NCBI GenBank assembly: GCA_965204705.1
Contig: CBDBFE010000001.1
Location: 35,827-99,826 of the forward strand
DNA from: Caldilineaceae bacterium
Lineage (GTDB): Bacteria > Chloroflexota > Anaerolineae > Caldilineales > Caldilineaceae
Reading direction: 5' to 3'
DNA: 64,000 nucleotides
Within the stretch, counting starts at the first letter, position 1. Each line of letters opens with the position of its first letter. Positions 40,681 to 50,333 of the stretch are shown one piece after another. Position numbers and translations under genes: made by a program. The notes below the pieces were generated by a model that saw only the letters and a list, made by a program, of their open reading frames with translations, was not told the DNA's origin and did not search any database.

Positions 40681-40962
40681 CTAGGGTTCGTTGACGTTTG
40701 ACGGTATAGCGATCCGCGGTAGCAAAGTGCGGCTTATCCCTGAAGAACTGCGCAACTGCGAAATGAAAACTTGATAGGCCCCAGGTGTTCTCCGCGGCCC
40801 TCCCTGGCCCTTCGTGGACAGAGAAAGGTGTTCTTCGTGGCCCTTAGTGGCCCTTCGTGGACAAAAAGGTGTTCTCCGTGGTCCTCTGTGGCCCTCCGTG
40901 GACAAAAAAGGTGTTTTGCTCTGGCTTGTCTCACAAAAAAGGCAAACGTCAACGAGTCCTAG
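40681..40962 (+). mobile_element. TIR-element family C, copy C6 (282 bp)
   Basis: Left end CTAGGGTTCGTTGACGTTT and right end AAACGTCAACGAGTCCTAG (inverted repeat of about 17-19 bp). Interior has CCTTCGTGGACA(A/G)A(A/G)AAGGTGTTCT modules. It sits inside a duplicated sequence whose other copy (39481-39500) is uninterrupted. Confidence 0.7.
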
Positions 40963-41181
40963 TCAATCCAAGGTAAATCGGCCCTGGCGCGTCGGGATCA
41001 CACAATCTCGGTCCTTGACATGGTTGCTGAGCGTCTCCAGAATCGAGCGCTCCTCCAAACCGGCCTCGGCCAGCTCGATCAAGGCCTGCAGGATCTGCGC
41101 AAACAGCGCGTTGCGCTGCAGCCCGCGTTCGTCAATGTAACTGTTCGCCTTGCCTTGGTCGCCGCCGCGCCACAGCTGCAT
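40963..41181 (-). pseudogene. C-terminal gene remnant, unknown family
   Basis: Track ORF 72 aa. The upstream region has no consistent frame. Its last 12 codons (…IPTRQGRFTLD) are duplicated at 39493-39530. Confidence 0.35.
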
Positions 41182-41520
41182 CAGCTTGTGTGCCTGGTCT
41201 GTCAGCGGTACGGGACGCCCGCCCGGGCCTTCAATGCCTGGAATACGCCCCGTGCGCCGGTTCCGGGGCTTCAGCCCGACAACATGAGTGCCGCCGGGCC
41301 AGTCGTTACCCGGGCTCCGCTCCTGGCCGAACGCATCAGCAGGGACCGCTTAAGCCGCACTCTCTTATCAATGCGCGCCTTGCGGAATTCGCGCACGTCA
41401 GCGCCATGGTCGGTTCCTCCAACTTGGAGTTGTCATGACGCCTCCTCGTGGGTGCGGGCCCGCCAACGCGCGCCTGACAGAGAGGAAAACAGCGAGGACC
41501 AACGCCCATCAACTGTACCC

Positions 41521-42847
41521 TCACGGCATCTCCCACAGAAGCCGCAGCGGCACTGCATAGAGCCCCTCGTCGAAGCGCACGCACGCCTCACCATCGTAAA
41601 GCACCACCCCGCCGGTAAACCGCCTGCCTGCAGCATTCTTGAGCTTGCGCAGGGCCTGGAAGTCCGCTGCCGTCACCGTTGCCCCTGCCTTGACTTCTAC
41701 GCCCGCCAGCGCCTGTGTCCCCCGCTCGAGGACGATGTCCACCTCGACGCCGTCCTTGTCCCGGAAGTGAAAAAAGGTAACAGGGTCCGGTTGCCAGCTT
41801 GCCTGCCGGCGTAACTCCTGGTAAACGAAAGTCTCCACCAGTTGCCCCAGCAATGACCGGTCCGCCGCGAGACCGGATGCATCCATCCCAAGCAGAGCGC
41901 AGGCCAGACCGGTATCCCCAAGATGGAGTTTGGGTGTCTTGATGAGGCGTTTCAGGCGATTGCTGTGCCAGGGTGGCAGCTGCTCCAGCAGGAACACCCG
42001 TTCAAGCAGAGTGATGTAATCCCGGATCGTGGGGCGGCTGACTTGGAACGGGGCAGCCAGTCCGGAGAGATTAAACAAAGTAGCCGTCTGGACGGCCGCG
42101 TGCGTCAGCAGCCGCGGCAATACATCGAGGGAACGGATGCGGGCGATCTCAGGTACATCCCGCTGTACCTGGGCTTCAAGATAACTTCGGTACCAATTGG
42201 CGCGTCGCCGGCCTGCGGGTCGCGCCAGCGCGGCGGGATATCCGCCCGCTACAATTCGCCCAATAAGCCCCTTCCCCAGACGCGCTATGCGGCGGCTCTC
42301 GAACCCGCCGCCGAACAGGGCGTCAAGAAAGCCCGGCAACCGGGCCTCGGTGCCGGATGGACCCGGCCCTCCGTGCAGCTCACACTGCGCCAGCGGATGC
42401 AGTCTGACCGTTTCCATGCGGCCGGCCAAAGAATCTGACAGCGCCGGCGTCTGCAACACGTTGCTCGAACCCGTTAGCAGGAAGCGTCCGGGCAGCCGCC
42501 TGCGGTCCACCTCCAGTTTCAAAGCGGCAAAGAGCGCAGGAACCCGTTGCACTTCGTCGAGAATAACCAGATCGGGCAACTCCGCGACGAAGCCCAGCGG
42601 ATCAGCCTCAGCGCCCGCGCGCACAACCTCATCATCAAAGGAGAAGTAGGTGTAATCCTCGGGTCTGTCGGGTAAAGTTCTTGACGGACGTCTCCCGCCG
42701 GCCGGGTTCTCTGAGGTACAGACCATTTGGGCAAGGGTGGTCTTGCCGCACTGTCGAGGCCCCTGGATCAGGACGACCGGCGAGTCCTCCAGGGCCTCTG
42801 TTAAGCGCCTTTCGGCGAAACGGGGGGTACAAGGTATCTCCAGCCAT
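41521..42847 (-). pseudogene. AAA+ ATPase with DUF4143 C-terminal domain; +1 frameshift in a C6 run near the 5' end
   Basis: Track ORF 41521..42726, but the frame stays open upstream through …RFAERRLTEALEDSPVVLIQGPRQCGKTTLAQMV (Walker A) with no start codon. An ATG at 42847 (MAGDTLYP) is in another frame. Removing one C from the run (plus-strand GGGGGG 42822-42827) joins them. May be an assembly error. Confidence 0.65.
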
Positions 42848-42910
42848 CGGCTGATTGTAACTTTCTGCTGCGGCTGATTGCAACTTTATCTTGCGGCTGA
42901 TTGAAAGGTT
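42848..42910. repeat. Three 23-bp-spaced direct repeats at the 5' end of the DUF4143 ATPase gene
   Basis: CGGCTGATTG(T/C/A)AA at 42848, 42871 and 42894. Confidence 0.6.
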
Positions 42911-43324
42911 CAGCGCCCGTTTCTGCGCCTTCGGTGGCTCTTCACAGCCTTCAAAAGAGCCCCTGACCGATGTCTCGGTACTCTGTGGTTTCCGGGCCCC
43001 AGTTCCTTAGCGCCTCAAAAGCCACTTGGAACGCCCTGCAACGCCTCGGACTTTCACCGGCAATACCAGGAGATGGAGACGGTCTCGCGTGTGAAAGCCT
43101 TCCCTAATGAAAGGGAAAGCCATGATTCGCCGGCTTGGCCGGGCCGCGGCTGCCTATCGGTGTGAGTAGCGTGCCGGCGCCGGCCGGTGCAGCGCCGAAA
43201 TTCCGAGCGATAGCATTGCGTAAAGAAACCGGCAAAGCGGCCGCAAATTCAGAAAGTTTTGGTCAAGTCTGCGCAAAATGATAGATTGACACGAAACTGA
43301 CTACCCTGAAATACCTCAGACGCT

Positions 43325-46300
43325 ATGAACACGACCTCTACAATTCACAAAGCCCTGCAAGAGTTCGCTGCCGCGGTGACGGACAAGCTGACGCAGATCA
43401 CACACGGCGAACCGGAAGAGCAGCTGCGCGCGCCTTTCGAGAATTTCATGGGCGCTGCCGCCGGCGCGCTCGGTTGGGATGTCGTCTGCACCGGTGAAAC
43501 GCCCCTTCCGGATCGCCTCGGCCGCCCGGATTACGCAGTGCATCTGAACAGCCTGCTTGCCGGCTATGTGGAACTCAAACCAGCGGGCACCGGAGCCACT
43601 GCTTCCCGTTTTGTAGGCCACAACCGCAGACAGTTCAACCGCTTCTCCGCCATCCCCAACATCCTCTACACCGACGGCAACGAGTGGGCGCTCTACCGTA
43701 ACGGCGAGCTGGTAGACAGGGTAGTCCGCCTCTCCGGCGATGTCGCTTCCGAGGGCAAAAAAGCGGTTGGGCCGCAGGACGTGCATGCGCTCGAAAGTCT
43801 GCTGCGCGACTTTCTCATGTGGAAGCCCTTCATTCCCACTGACCGCGCTGGCCGCATCGACCTTCGTCGATTTGCCGCGCTGCTCGCGCCGCTCTGCCGC
43901 ATGTTGCGCGACGACGTGACCGATGCACTCAAGCGTCCGGATTCACCCCTCCTGCAACTGGCTCAGGACTGGCGCCAGCTTCTCTTCCCCGACGCGCCGG
44001 ACGAACAGTTCTCCGACGCCTACGCCCAGACCGTCCTTTTCGCGCTGCTGCTGGGCCGCAGCGAGGGAGCCGACCCGCTCACACTCGGAAGCGCAGAAAA
44101 CGCGCTGTCCGCACAGCACAATCTGCTGTCGCGGGCGCTGCAAGTGCTGACCGACCCCAACGCGCGCGCCGACATCGCCGCTCCGTTAGACCTGCTGCTG
44201 CGCGTGGTCGCGGTCGTGCCGCCCGCCGCGCTGACCAGTCCCGACGACCCCTGGCTCTACTTCTACGAGGACTTTCTCGCCGTTTACGATCCCCGTCTGC
44301 GCAAGGACGCCGGCGCCTACTACACGCCGGTCGAGGTCGTGCGCGCACAGGTGCGCCTGATCGACAATCTGCTCGTGGAACGTCTGGGCAAACCGCTCGG
44401 CTTCGCCGACCCTGATGTGGTCACGCTTGATCCGGCGTTGGGAACCGGCACCTACCTGCTCGGCGTCATCGAACACGCCCTCGGCCGCGTCGAAGCCGAG
44501 CAGGGAGCGGGCGCGGTACCCAACCAGGCTACGACGCTGGCCGAAAACCTGTACGGCTTTGAGCTCATGGTAGGCCCCTATGCGGTGAGCGAACTGCGCA
44601 TCAGCCGCGCCTTGCGCGACCGCGGCGGGCAACTGCCCGCGAAGGGCACGCACGTCTTCCTGACCGATACCCTCGAAAGCCCCAATGCCAAGCCGCTTCA
44701 ACCACCGCTTTTCCTGCAGCCGATTGCCGACCAGCACGCCCGCGCCCTGAAGGTCAAAAGCAATGTGCCGGTAATCGTCTGCCTCGGCAACCCGCCCTAC
44801 GACCGGCATGAGGCGGCCACGGACACGAACAGGGCACGCACCGGCGGCTGGGTGCGCCATGGCGATCGCGACGAACGGGCGATCCTGCGCGACTTTCTCG
44901 ATCCGGCCGTCAGCGCCGGACATGGCGGCCATCTCAAGAACCTTTACAATCTGTACGTCTACTTCTGGCGTTGGGCGTTATGGAAGGTCTTTGAGCAGGG
45001 GAACGGCGGGCCGGGCGTGGTCAGCTATATCAGCGCATCGAGCTACTTTGACGGCGACGCCTTTTGTGGGATGCGCGAGCAGATGCGCCGCCAGTGCGAC
45101 GAAATCTGGATTCTCGACCTCGGCGGCGAGGGACGGGGCACGCGGCGCAGCGAAAACGTCTTCGCTATCCAGACGCCTGTTGCCATCGCCGTGGCCTTCC
45201 GCTCGCAGGAGGCAAATACAGACGCGCCTGCAAAAGTCCACTATGCGCGCCTTGAAGGGACGCGCCAAGAGAAGCTGGCCGCGCTCGACGGCATTACCGG
45301 TTGCTCGATAGTGGAGTGGCGAGAGTGTCCCGATGAATGGAAGGCGCCGTTCCGTCCGGCGGGCGAAGGCGATTACTTTTCCCACCCCCTCCTGGCCGAC
45401 CTGATGCCGTGGCAGCAATCCGGTGTCAAAGCTGGACGAACTTGGGTTGTTGCCCCCGAAATGAAGACGCTCCACAACCGTTGGTATCGTCTTCTGCAAG
45501 CAAAGGGAAACGAACGCAGGAGTCTTTTCAAGGATTCTCCCACTGGATGCAAAGCGCACGAAGCCGCGACCCAGTTGCCGCCATCGGAAGACAGGTTGAA
45601 AGCTATTTCCGATCTTGAGACAGGACAACCCGCTCCTGAGCTTGTACGTCTTGCCTACAGATCGTTCGACAGGCAATTCGTCTTTGGTGACGCCCGTCTG
45701 TTGGACAGGCCGGGACCGGCGCTGTGGCGCGCCCACAGCGATAGTCAGGTGTATCTGACCAGTTCGTTCACCCAACCTCTTGGAAATGGCCCCGCTCTGA
45801 CTTCCTCAGTGTCAATTCCCGATCTTCACTACTTTTCAGGCCGTGGCGCAAAAGACGTTCTCCCACTCTACCGCGATAGCCGAGCGTCGCAGGCCAACAT
45901 CGTGCCCGGACTGCTCGAACTACTTGGTGTTGCCTACCAGCACCCGGTCGCTCCGGAAGATTTTCTGGCATACGTCTACGGCGTGTTGGCGCAACCGGCT
46001 TTCACTACGCGCTTCGGCAAAGAACTGGAGACCCGCGAGCTGCGCCTGCCAATCACCTGCGACGCAGCGCTGTTTGAGAAGATGCGCGCGGCCGGCGCGA
46101 AGCTTCTCTGGTTGCATACTTATGGCGAGCGGTTCGTGCCCGAAGGCAAGCCCCGCGGCCAGGTTCCCCCCGGCGCGGCCAGATGCACCGTAGCCGTGCC
46201 CGGTGATACCGACGGCTATCCCGAAACCTTCGCCTACAACGACGAAACCGCCACCCTCCACGTCGGCGCCGGCGAATTCACGCCGGTCGCGCCTGAACTG

Positions 46301-46606
46301 TACGCCTTCGAAGTGTCCGGCCTCAAAGTCGTGCAGTCTTGGCTCAAGTACCGCATGAAGAAAGGCGCCGGCCGCAAATCCTCGCCCCTGGACGACATCC
46401 GCCCCACCCGCTGGACCAGCCAGTTCACCACCGAACTGCTCAAGCTCCTCTGGGTCCTGGAGGCCACCCTGGCCGCCTACCCCGAACAGGCCCAACTGCT
46501 CCAGGAAGTCATCACCGGCGACTGCTTCCACGCCGACGAATTGCCGCCCGTGCCGGAGGATATGCGCAAGCCGCCTCGGGTGGCCAAGAGGGGGTTGTTT
46601 GAGTGA
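43325..46606 (+). CDS. Type IIG-like restriction-modification fusion enzyme (PD-ExK nuclease head + gamma-class N6-adenine MTase + type ISP/IIG-like C-terminal specificity domain)
   Basis: ORF track 1093 aa. N-terminus GRPDYAVHLNSLLAGYVELKPAG (D…ExK as in MmeI-type heads). AdoMet motif VVTLDPALGTGTYLL. Catalytic VIVCLGNPPYD. C-terminal YAFEVSGLKVVQSWLKYRMK block typical of type ISP/IIG TRD regions (recall). Confidence 0.8.
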   Translation: MNTTSTIHKALQEFAAAVTDKLTQITHGEPEEQLRAPFENFMGAAAGALGWDVVCTGETPLPDRLGRPDYAVHLNSLLAGYVELKPAGTGATASRFVGHNRRQFNRFSAIPNILYTDGNEWALYRNGELVDRVVRLSGDVASEGKKAVGPQDVHALESLLRDFLMWKPFIPTDRAGRIDLRRFAALLAPLCRMLRDDVTDALKRPDSPLLQLAQDWRQLLFPDAPDEQFSDAYAQTVLFALLLGRSEGADPLTLGSAENALSAQHNLLSRALQVLTDPNARADIAAPLDLLLRVVAVVPPAALTSPDDPWLYFYEDFLAVYDPRLRKDAGAYYTPVEVVRAQVRLIDNLLVERLGKPLGFADPDVVTLDPALGTGTYLLGVIEHALGRVEAEQGAGAVPNQATTLAENLYGFELMVGPYAVSELRISRALRDRGGQLPAKGTHVFLTDTLESPNAKPLQPPLFLQPIADQHARALKVKSNVPVIVCLGNPPYDRHEAATDTNRARTGGWVRHGDRDERAILRDFLDPAVSAGHGGHLKNLYNLYVYFWRWALWKVFEQGNGGPGVVSYISASSYFDGDAFCGMREQMRRQCDEIWILDLGGEGRGTRRSENVFAIQTPVAIAVAFRSQEANTDAPAKVHYARLEGTRQEKLAALDGITGCSIVEWRECPDEWKAPFRPAGEGDYFSHPLLADLMPWQQSGVKAGRTWVVAPEMKTLHNRWYRLLQAKGNERRSLFKDSPTGCKAHEAATQLPPSEDRLKAISDLETGQPAPELVRLAYRSFDRQFVFGDARLLDRPGPALWRAHSDSQVYLTSSFTQPLGNGPALTSSVSIPDLHYFSGRGAKDVLPLYRDSRASQANIVPGLLELLGVAYQHPVAPEDFLAYVYGVLAQPAFTTRFGKELETRELRLPITCDAALFEKMRAAGAKLLWLHTYGERFVPEGKPRGQVPPGAARCTVAVPGDTDGYPETFAYNDETATLHVGAGEFTPVAPELYAFEVSGLKVVQSWLKYRMKKGAGRKSSPLDDIRPTRWTSQFTTELLKLLWVLEATLAAYPEQAQLLQEVITGDCFHADELPPVPEDMRKPPRVAKRGLFE

Positions 46607-46679
46607 GCTAGGACGGCCATCAAGTTCATTTTCGGTGAATTTCGCGTGGGACAGATAGGGAATTTTCAGAGAGAATGGC

Positions 46680-48515
46680 ATGAGAATCGACGGGAAACAG
46701 GTTAGCAACCCTTTTTCAGAAGGTGGTGGTGGGCCGCATTTCGAGGCGCACGTTCAAGCAATGTTTGTAACACTTATGCTTACGGGTGGCCATGCACCTT
46801 GCCTACCAACTTGGCCAATCAAGGAGATTAGACTTCAAACCAAGATTGATGGCATATCACTAGATGACTTGATGGTAACCGTCGAGAATCCTGGCAGTGG
46901 AGAAAAGCGCAAGTTGCTTGTGCAAGTTAAGCACGCTATAGAACTCACCGAGAATAACCGGCTTTTCGGAGAAGTGATACAGGCTGCCTGGAGAGATTTC
47001 AACAGAGACCATCCTGTTGACGGCGACCGCCTTGCTCTCATCACAGGGCCACCTAGCAGAATTAGCGATGCTGGATGGATATTAAATCAAGCGAGACATA
47101 CTATCAGCGCTATGGAGTTACTAAAGAGGGTCCAGCGGACTAAATTCAGCAGCCAGGAGAAGCGCAAGAAACTGGCAGCTTTCCAGTGTCAATTGAAAAA
47201 AGCCAACAACGACTGCCAAGTCCCAGACGATGTTCTTTTCATGTTTCTACGCCGATTCTTTTTGGTTCAGTACGACCTGGGGTATGAGACTGGAGGAACT
47301 ATGTCTCTCCTAACTTCCCATATGTCACAATTTACGGACGATCCACTTTGGGCGTGGGGCAGGATTGTTGACGTTGTTCAGACATGGAATCAGGATGCTG
47401 GAATCATTACCCCCGATAATTTACCCGAAGACTTACGCAACGCATTTGAACGCCCACTTCCACAGACTCCTAGAACCGATACCCTACAAGAGCAGCCTCC
47501 TCAGCCTGAGCAGTACTGGAATCAGCATCAGTTTGCTTCCGACTTAGTGTTTGCAAATCTTCTTGGTGCCTGGAACGAAAAACACGAGGCCGATCTCAAG
47601 ATAATCCGCGAACTCACTAGAAGGGAACCGGATGTTTGGATCCATAGCATGAGAGAGACTCTTCAACTTTCTTTAAGCCCTGTATCTCTGAATAGTGGAC
47701 AGTGGCATGTCCCTGATCGAATGGTCTTGTGGAGGGCTCTAAGTAGGAGGGTTTTTGATGATCACTTGGCTCACTTGAAGGAAGTCGCCATCACTGTTCT
47801 GTCTGAGCGAGACCCTAAGTTTGAACTTCCAGCTCAGGATCGATATGCGGCGCAAGTACACGGTGCTGTATTGAAACACTCTTACGGCTTACGTAAGGGA
47901 TTGGCCGAGAGCTTAGCCTTAGTTGGAATACGTCCTGCCGAACTTAGGAACTGCTCGCAACCCGGACCTAAGACTATGGTAGCGCTTGCCGTACGAAAGA
48001 TATTAGAGAACGCGGATTGGGCGCTTTGGGGAAGTTTAGGAAATCTACTTCCCATATTGGCTGAAGCGTCCCCTGACGAATTCTTAAAGGCGGTTGAGAG
48101 TGGCTTACGGCAGAAACCTTGTCCGTTTGATGAACTCTTTGTGCAAGAACAGAAAGGTATGTTGGGAGAAAACCTATTTGCTGGCCTGCTCCGGGCACTT
48201 GAAGCACTGGCATGGTTTGAAGAATACCTAATAAGGTTATGCATAGTTCTTGGCAATTTGGATAGCCGTGATCCAGGAGGCAATTGGGTTAATCGACCTG
48301 CCAAGTCGCTAGCGGGAATTCTGCATCCGAGTCGTCCACAAACATACGCGTCCGCTCAAAAGCAGAAACTTGCCGTTGAGACGCTTCAACAAGAGTTTCC
48401 CGAAGAAGCATGGAAGCTCATTCGCCAGTTGTCTTCTCACCGAAGGGGATATCCTCTCCGTACACATCGTCCAATATGGCGTGACTCAAACCTCGACAGC
48501 AGGAGGGAATCGTGA
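46680..48515 (+). CDS. Large protein with a possible restriction-fold (Cap4/DUF4297-like) N-terminal head and an all-alpha C-terminal region
   Basis: ORF track 611 aa, GC clearly lower than the flanks. N-terminal GGGGPHFEAHVQAMFVTLML…ISLDDLMVTVEN…KLLVQVKH…RLALITGPP gives D…QxK spacing like the nuclease heads of Cap4-type effectors (recall, unverified). No Walker A found. Confidence 0.6.
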   Translation: MRIDGKQVSNPFSEGGGGPHFEAHVQAMFVTLMLTGGHAPCLPTWPIKEIRLQTKIDGISLDDLMVTVENPGSGEKRKLLVQVKHAIELTENNRLFGEVIQAAWRDFNRDHPVDGDRLALITGPPSRISDAGWILNQARHTISAMELLKRVQRTKFSSQEKRKKLAAFQCQLKKANNDCQVPDDVLFMFLRRFFLVQYDLGYETGGTMSLLTSHMSQFTDDPLWAWGRIVDVVQTWNQDAGIITPDNLPEDLRNAFERPLPQTPRTDTLQEQPPQPEQYWNQHQFASDLVFANLLGAWNEKHEADLKIIRELTRREPDVWIHSMRETLQLSLSPVSLNSGQWHVPDRMVLWRALSRRVFDDHLAHLKEVAITVLSERDPKFELPAQDRYAAQVHGAVLKHSYGLRKGLAESLALVGIRPAELRNCSQPGPKTMVALAVRKILENADWALWGSLGNLLPILAEASPDEFLKAVESGLRQKPCPFDELFVQEQKGMLGENLFAGLLRALEALAWFEEYLIRLCIVLGNLDSRDPGGNWVNRPAKSLAGILHPSRPQTYASAQKQKLAVETLQQEFPEEAWKLIRQLSSHRRGYPLRTHRPIWRDSNLDSRRES

Positions 48516-50215
48516 CCAATTACGAGCCTTCGGAGCAATTCGACGTGTATGCCGAGATGGCTGTAGATATGGCTTGCGAGGACATAGAAAAGCTGATAGA
48601 CAAAGATTTTATTGATAAACTGCATGAGTTACCGCAGAAGGCTCGAGATAGGGTTCTTGAGCATATCTCTTCGGATGCCATCTCTATCGCACCCGAAGAG
48701 AAGCGCTTGGCACTCTGGACTGAACTGTCTAGATTCATTAGGGTTCATAGAGATTTCGCCTCAGCTAGTTGGGCATTAGGCGAAGAAGAAATCGTCAAAG
48801 TTGAGAACGTCGCCAAGCGGCTTTCCCCAAACAGCCCAATGGCTGTTCACAAGATGCTATTTGGTGATTATGATTTCCCTCTTTACAAAGACTGGGGAAA
48901 TTGGGATGACTTGGATGAGCAGAGGAGAGCTCGTCGACAGCAAGCTGTCAGTGACATAGTGGCCTTTGGCGATGTGGATGCTGTCATTCAATTTGCCCAA
49001 AGAGTCGAGAAACCCAAGTTTGTGGGAAATGCTTTGGCTGAACTGACTGACGCGAATATCGATGGACGACTACTGCCGAAGATGCTGGATACTGACGATG
49101 AGAAGATCCGGCAGTTTGTGCAAGGCTATGTTTGGGTTCGCAGATACAAGGCAGGATGGGAATGGGCCGATGGACTGGATAGGTCTGGATGGAATGACAC
49201 ACAAATCGGGCTGTTTCTGAGTTGGTTGCCCTTTTCGGGAGGGGCTTGGGAGCGAGCCGAAGCGTGGCTTGGCAAACGAGAAGGGGAGTATTGGCGTAGA
49301 ACTAGTGCTAGATTATTTTACAACACGGATGGCGATATTGGCTTTGCAATTGACAAGCTTATCAACTATCAGCGACCAAAAGCCGCCATACAATGTCTTG
49401 CGCTGATGAAACATGACAAAGGCACGTTTGACAGACAGCAAGCTTTCCGGGCCCTGCGTGCCTCCAGGGACACAGATGAACCTGAGGGCCAAGAGCTTCG
49501 GTATGCCATCATTGAGATCATTCAGGATCTTCAATCAGATCCGGGAGCCAGCCAAGTGGATCTGATGGAGGTCGAGTGGCTCTACCTGCCCCTCTTGAAG
49601 CATCATCCAGGTGCTTCACCAAAGACTCTAGAATTCAGGCTTGCGTCTGACCCAGACTTTTATTGCCAAGTAATTCAGCTAATCTTTCGCCCTGAAGGGC
49701 AGGACGCGCCGTCTGGACAACTTAGCGAGCACGAAAAGGCTTTAGCCCAAAACGCATATTCGCTGCTTTTTGAATGGAAGACGCCTCCAGGTATGCAGCC
49801 GGATGGCATGTTTTCTCAAAAAGCATTTACTGAGTGGCTCAACCACGTCAAAGCCGTCTGTGGCAAGTCAGGACATCTAGGAATCGCTCTCGAGCAAGTA
49901 GGCGAAGTTCTAGTCCATTATCCACCCGACCCTGATGGCTTGTGGATTCACCCAACTATTGCTGATGCTCTGGACGACGAAGATTCCGAAGCTATGAGGG
50001 ACGGTTTCAAAATCGGAATCTCAAATTCCAGGGGTTTCCATGTCGTCGACGGTACAGGCAAGGAAGAACGCGAACTTGCAGAGGGAAACAGGCAAAAAGC
50101 TGACGAGCTAGAGAATGCAGGGTATCACCACTTGGCACAAACTTTCAGAGAAATAGCTAAACGATACGACGATGAATCGGACGAGGCAATCACTAGAGGT
50201 GCTCAGATGGATTAA
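48512..50215 (+). CDS. Large helical-repeat-like protein, translationally coupled to 46680..48515
   Basis: ORF track 567 aa. GTG start overlaps the upstream stop (GTGA at 48512-48515), with AGGAGGG 5 nt upstream. No enzymatic motif recognised. Confidence 0.6.
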   Translation: MTNYEPSEQFDVYAEMAVDMACEDIEKLIDKDFIDKLHELPQKARDRVLEHISSDAISIAPEEKRLALWTELSRFIRVHRDFASASWALGEEEIVKVENVAKRLSPNSPMAVHKMLFGDYDFPLYKDWGNWDDLDEQRRARRQQAVSDIVAFGDVDAVIQFAQRVEKPKFVGNALAELTDANIDGRLLPKMLDTDDEKIRQFVQGYVWVRRYKAGWEWADGLDRSGWNDTQIGLFLSWLPFSGGAWERAEAWLGKREGEYWRRTSARLFYNTDGDIGFAIDKLINYQRPKAAIQCLALMKHDKGTFDRQQAFRALRASRDTDEPEGQELRYAIIEIIQDLQSDPGASQVDLMEVEWLYLPLLKHHPGASPKTLEFRLASDPDFYCQVIQLIFRPEGQDAPSGQLSEHEKALAQNAYSLLFEWKTPPGMQPDGMFSQKAFTEWLNHVKAVCGKSGHLGIALEQVGEVLVHYPPDPDGLWIHPTIADALDDEDSEAMRDGFKIGISNSRGFHVVDGTGKEERELAEGNRQKADELENAGYHHLAQTFREIAKRYDDESDEAITRGAQMD

Positions 50216-50333
50216 CTCAGCAAGGATAGAGGCCTGCCCGCTCTCGACAGCTGTATCTTCCTCCCTAACAGAGTATTAGACCGAAGGCTGTACAACACCA
50301 GAGTATTAATCGACAGAACTGAAGGACCTCCCA

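Noticed and set aside
44186-46708. Minus-strand ORFs of 248, 265 and 262 aa inside the Type IIG gene
   Set aside because: They are antisense to an ORF with DPALGTG/NPPY motifs. They have no motifs of their own and are a high-GC artefact.
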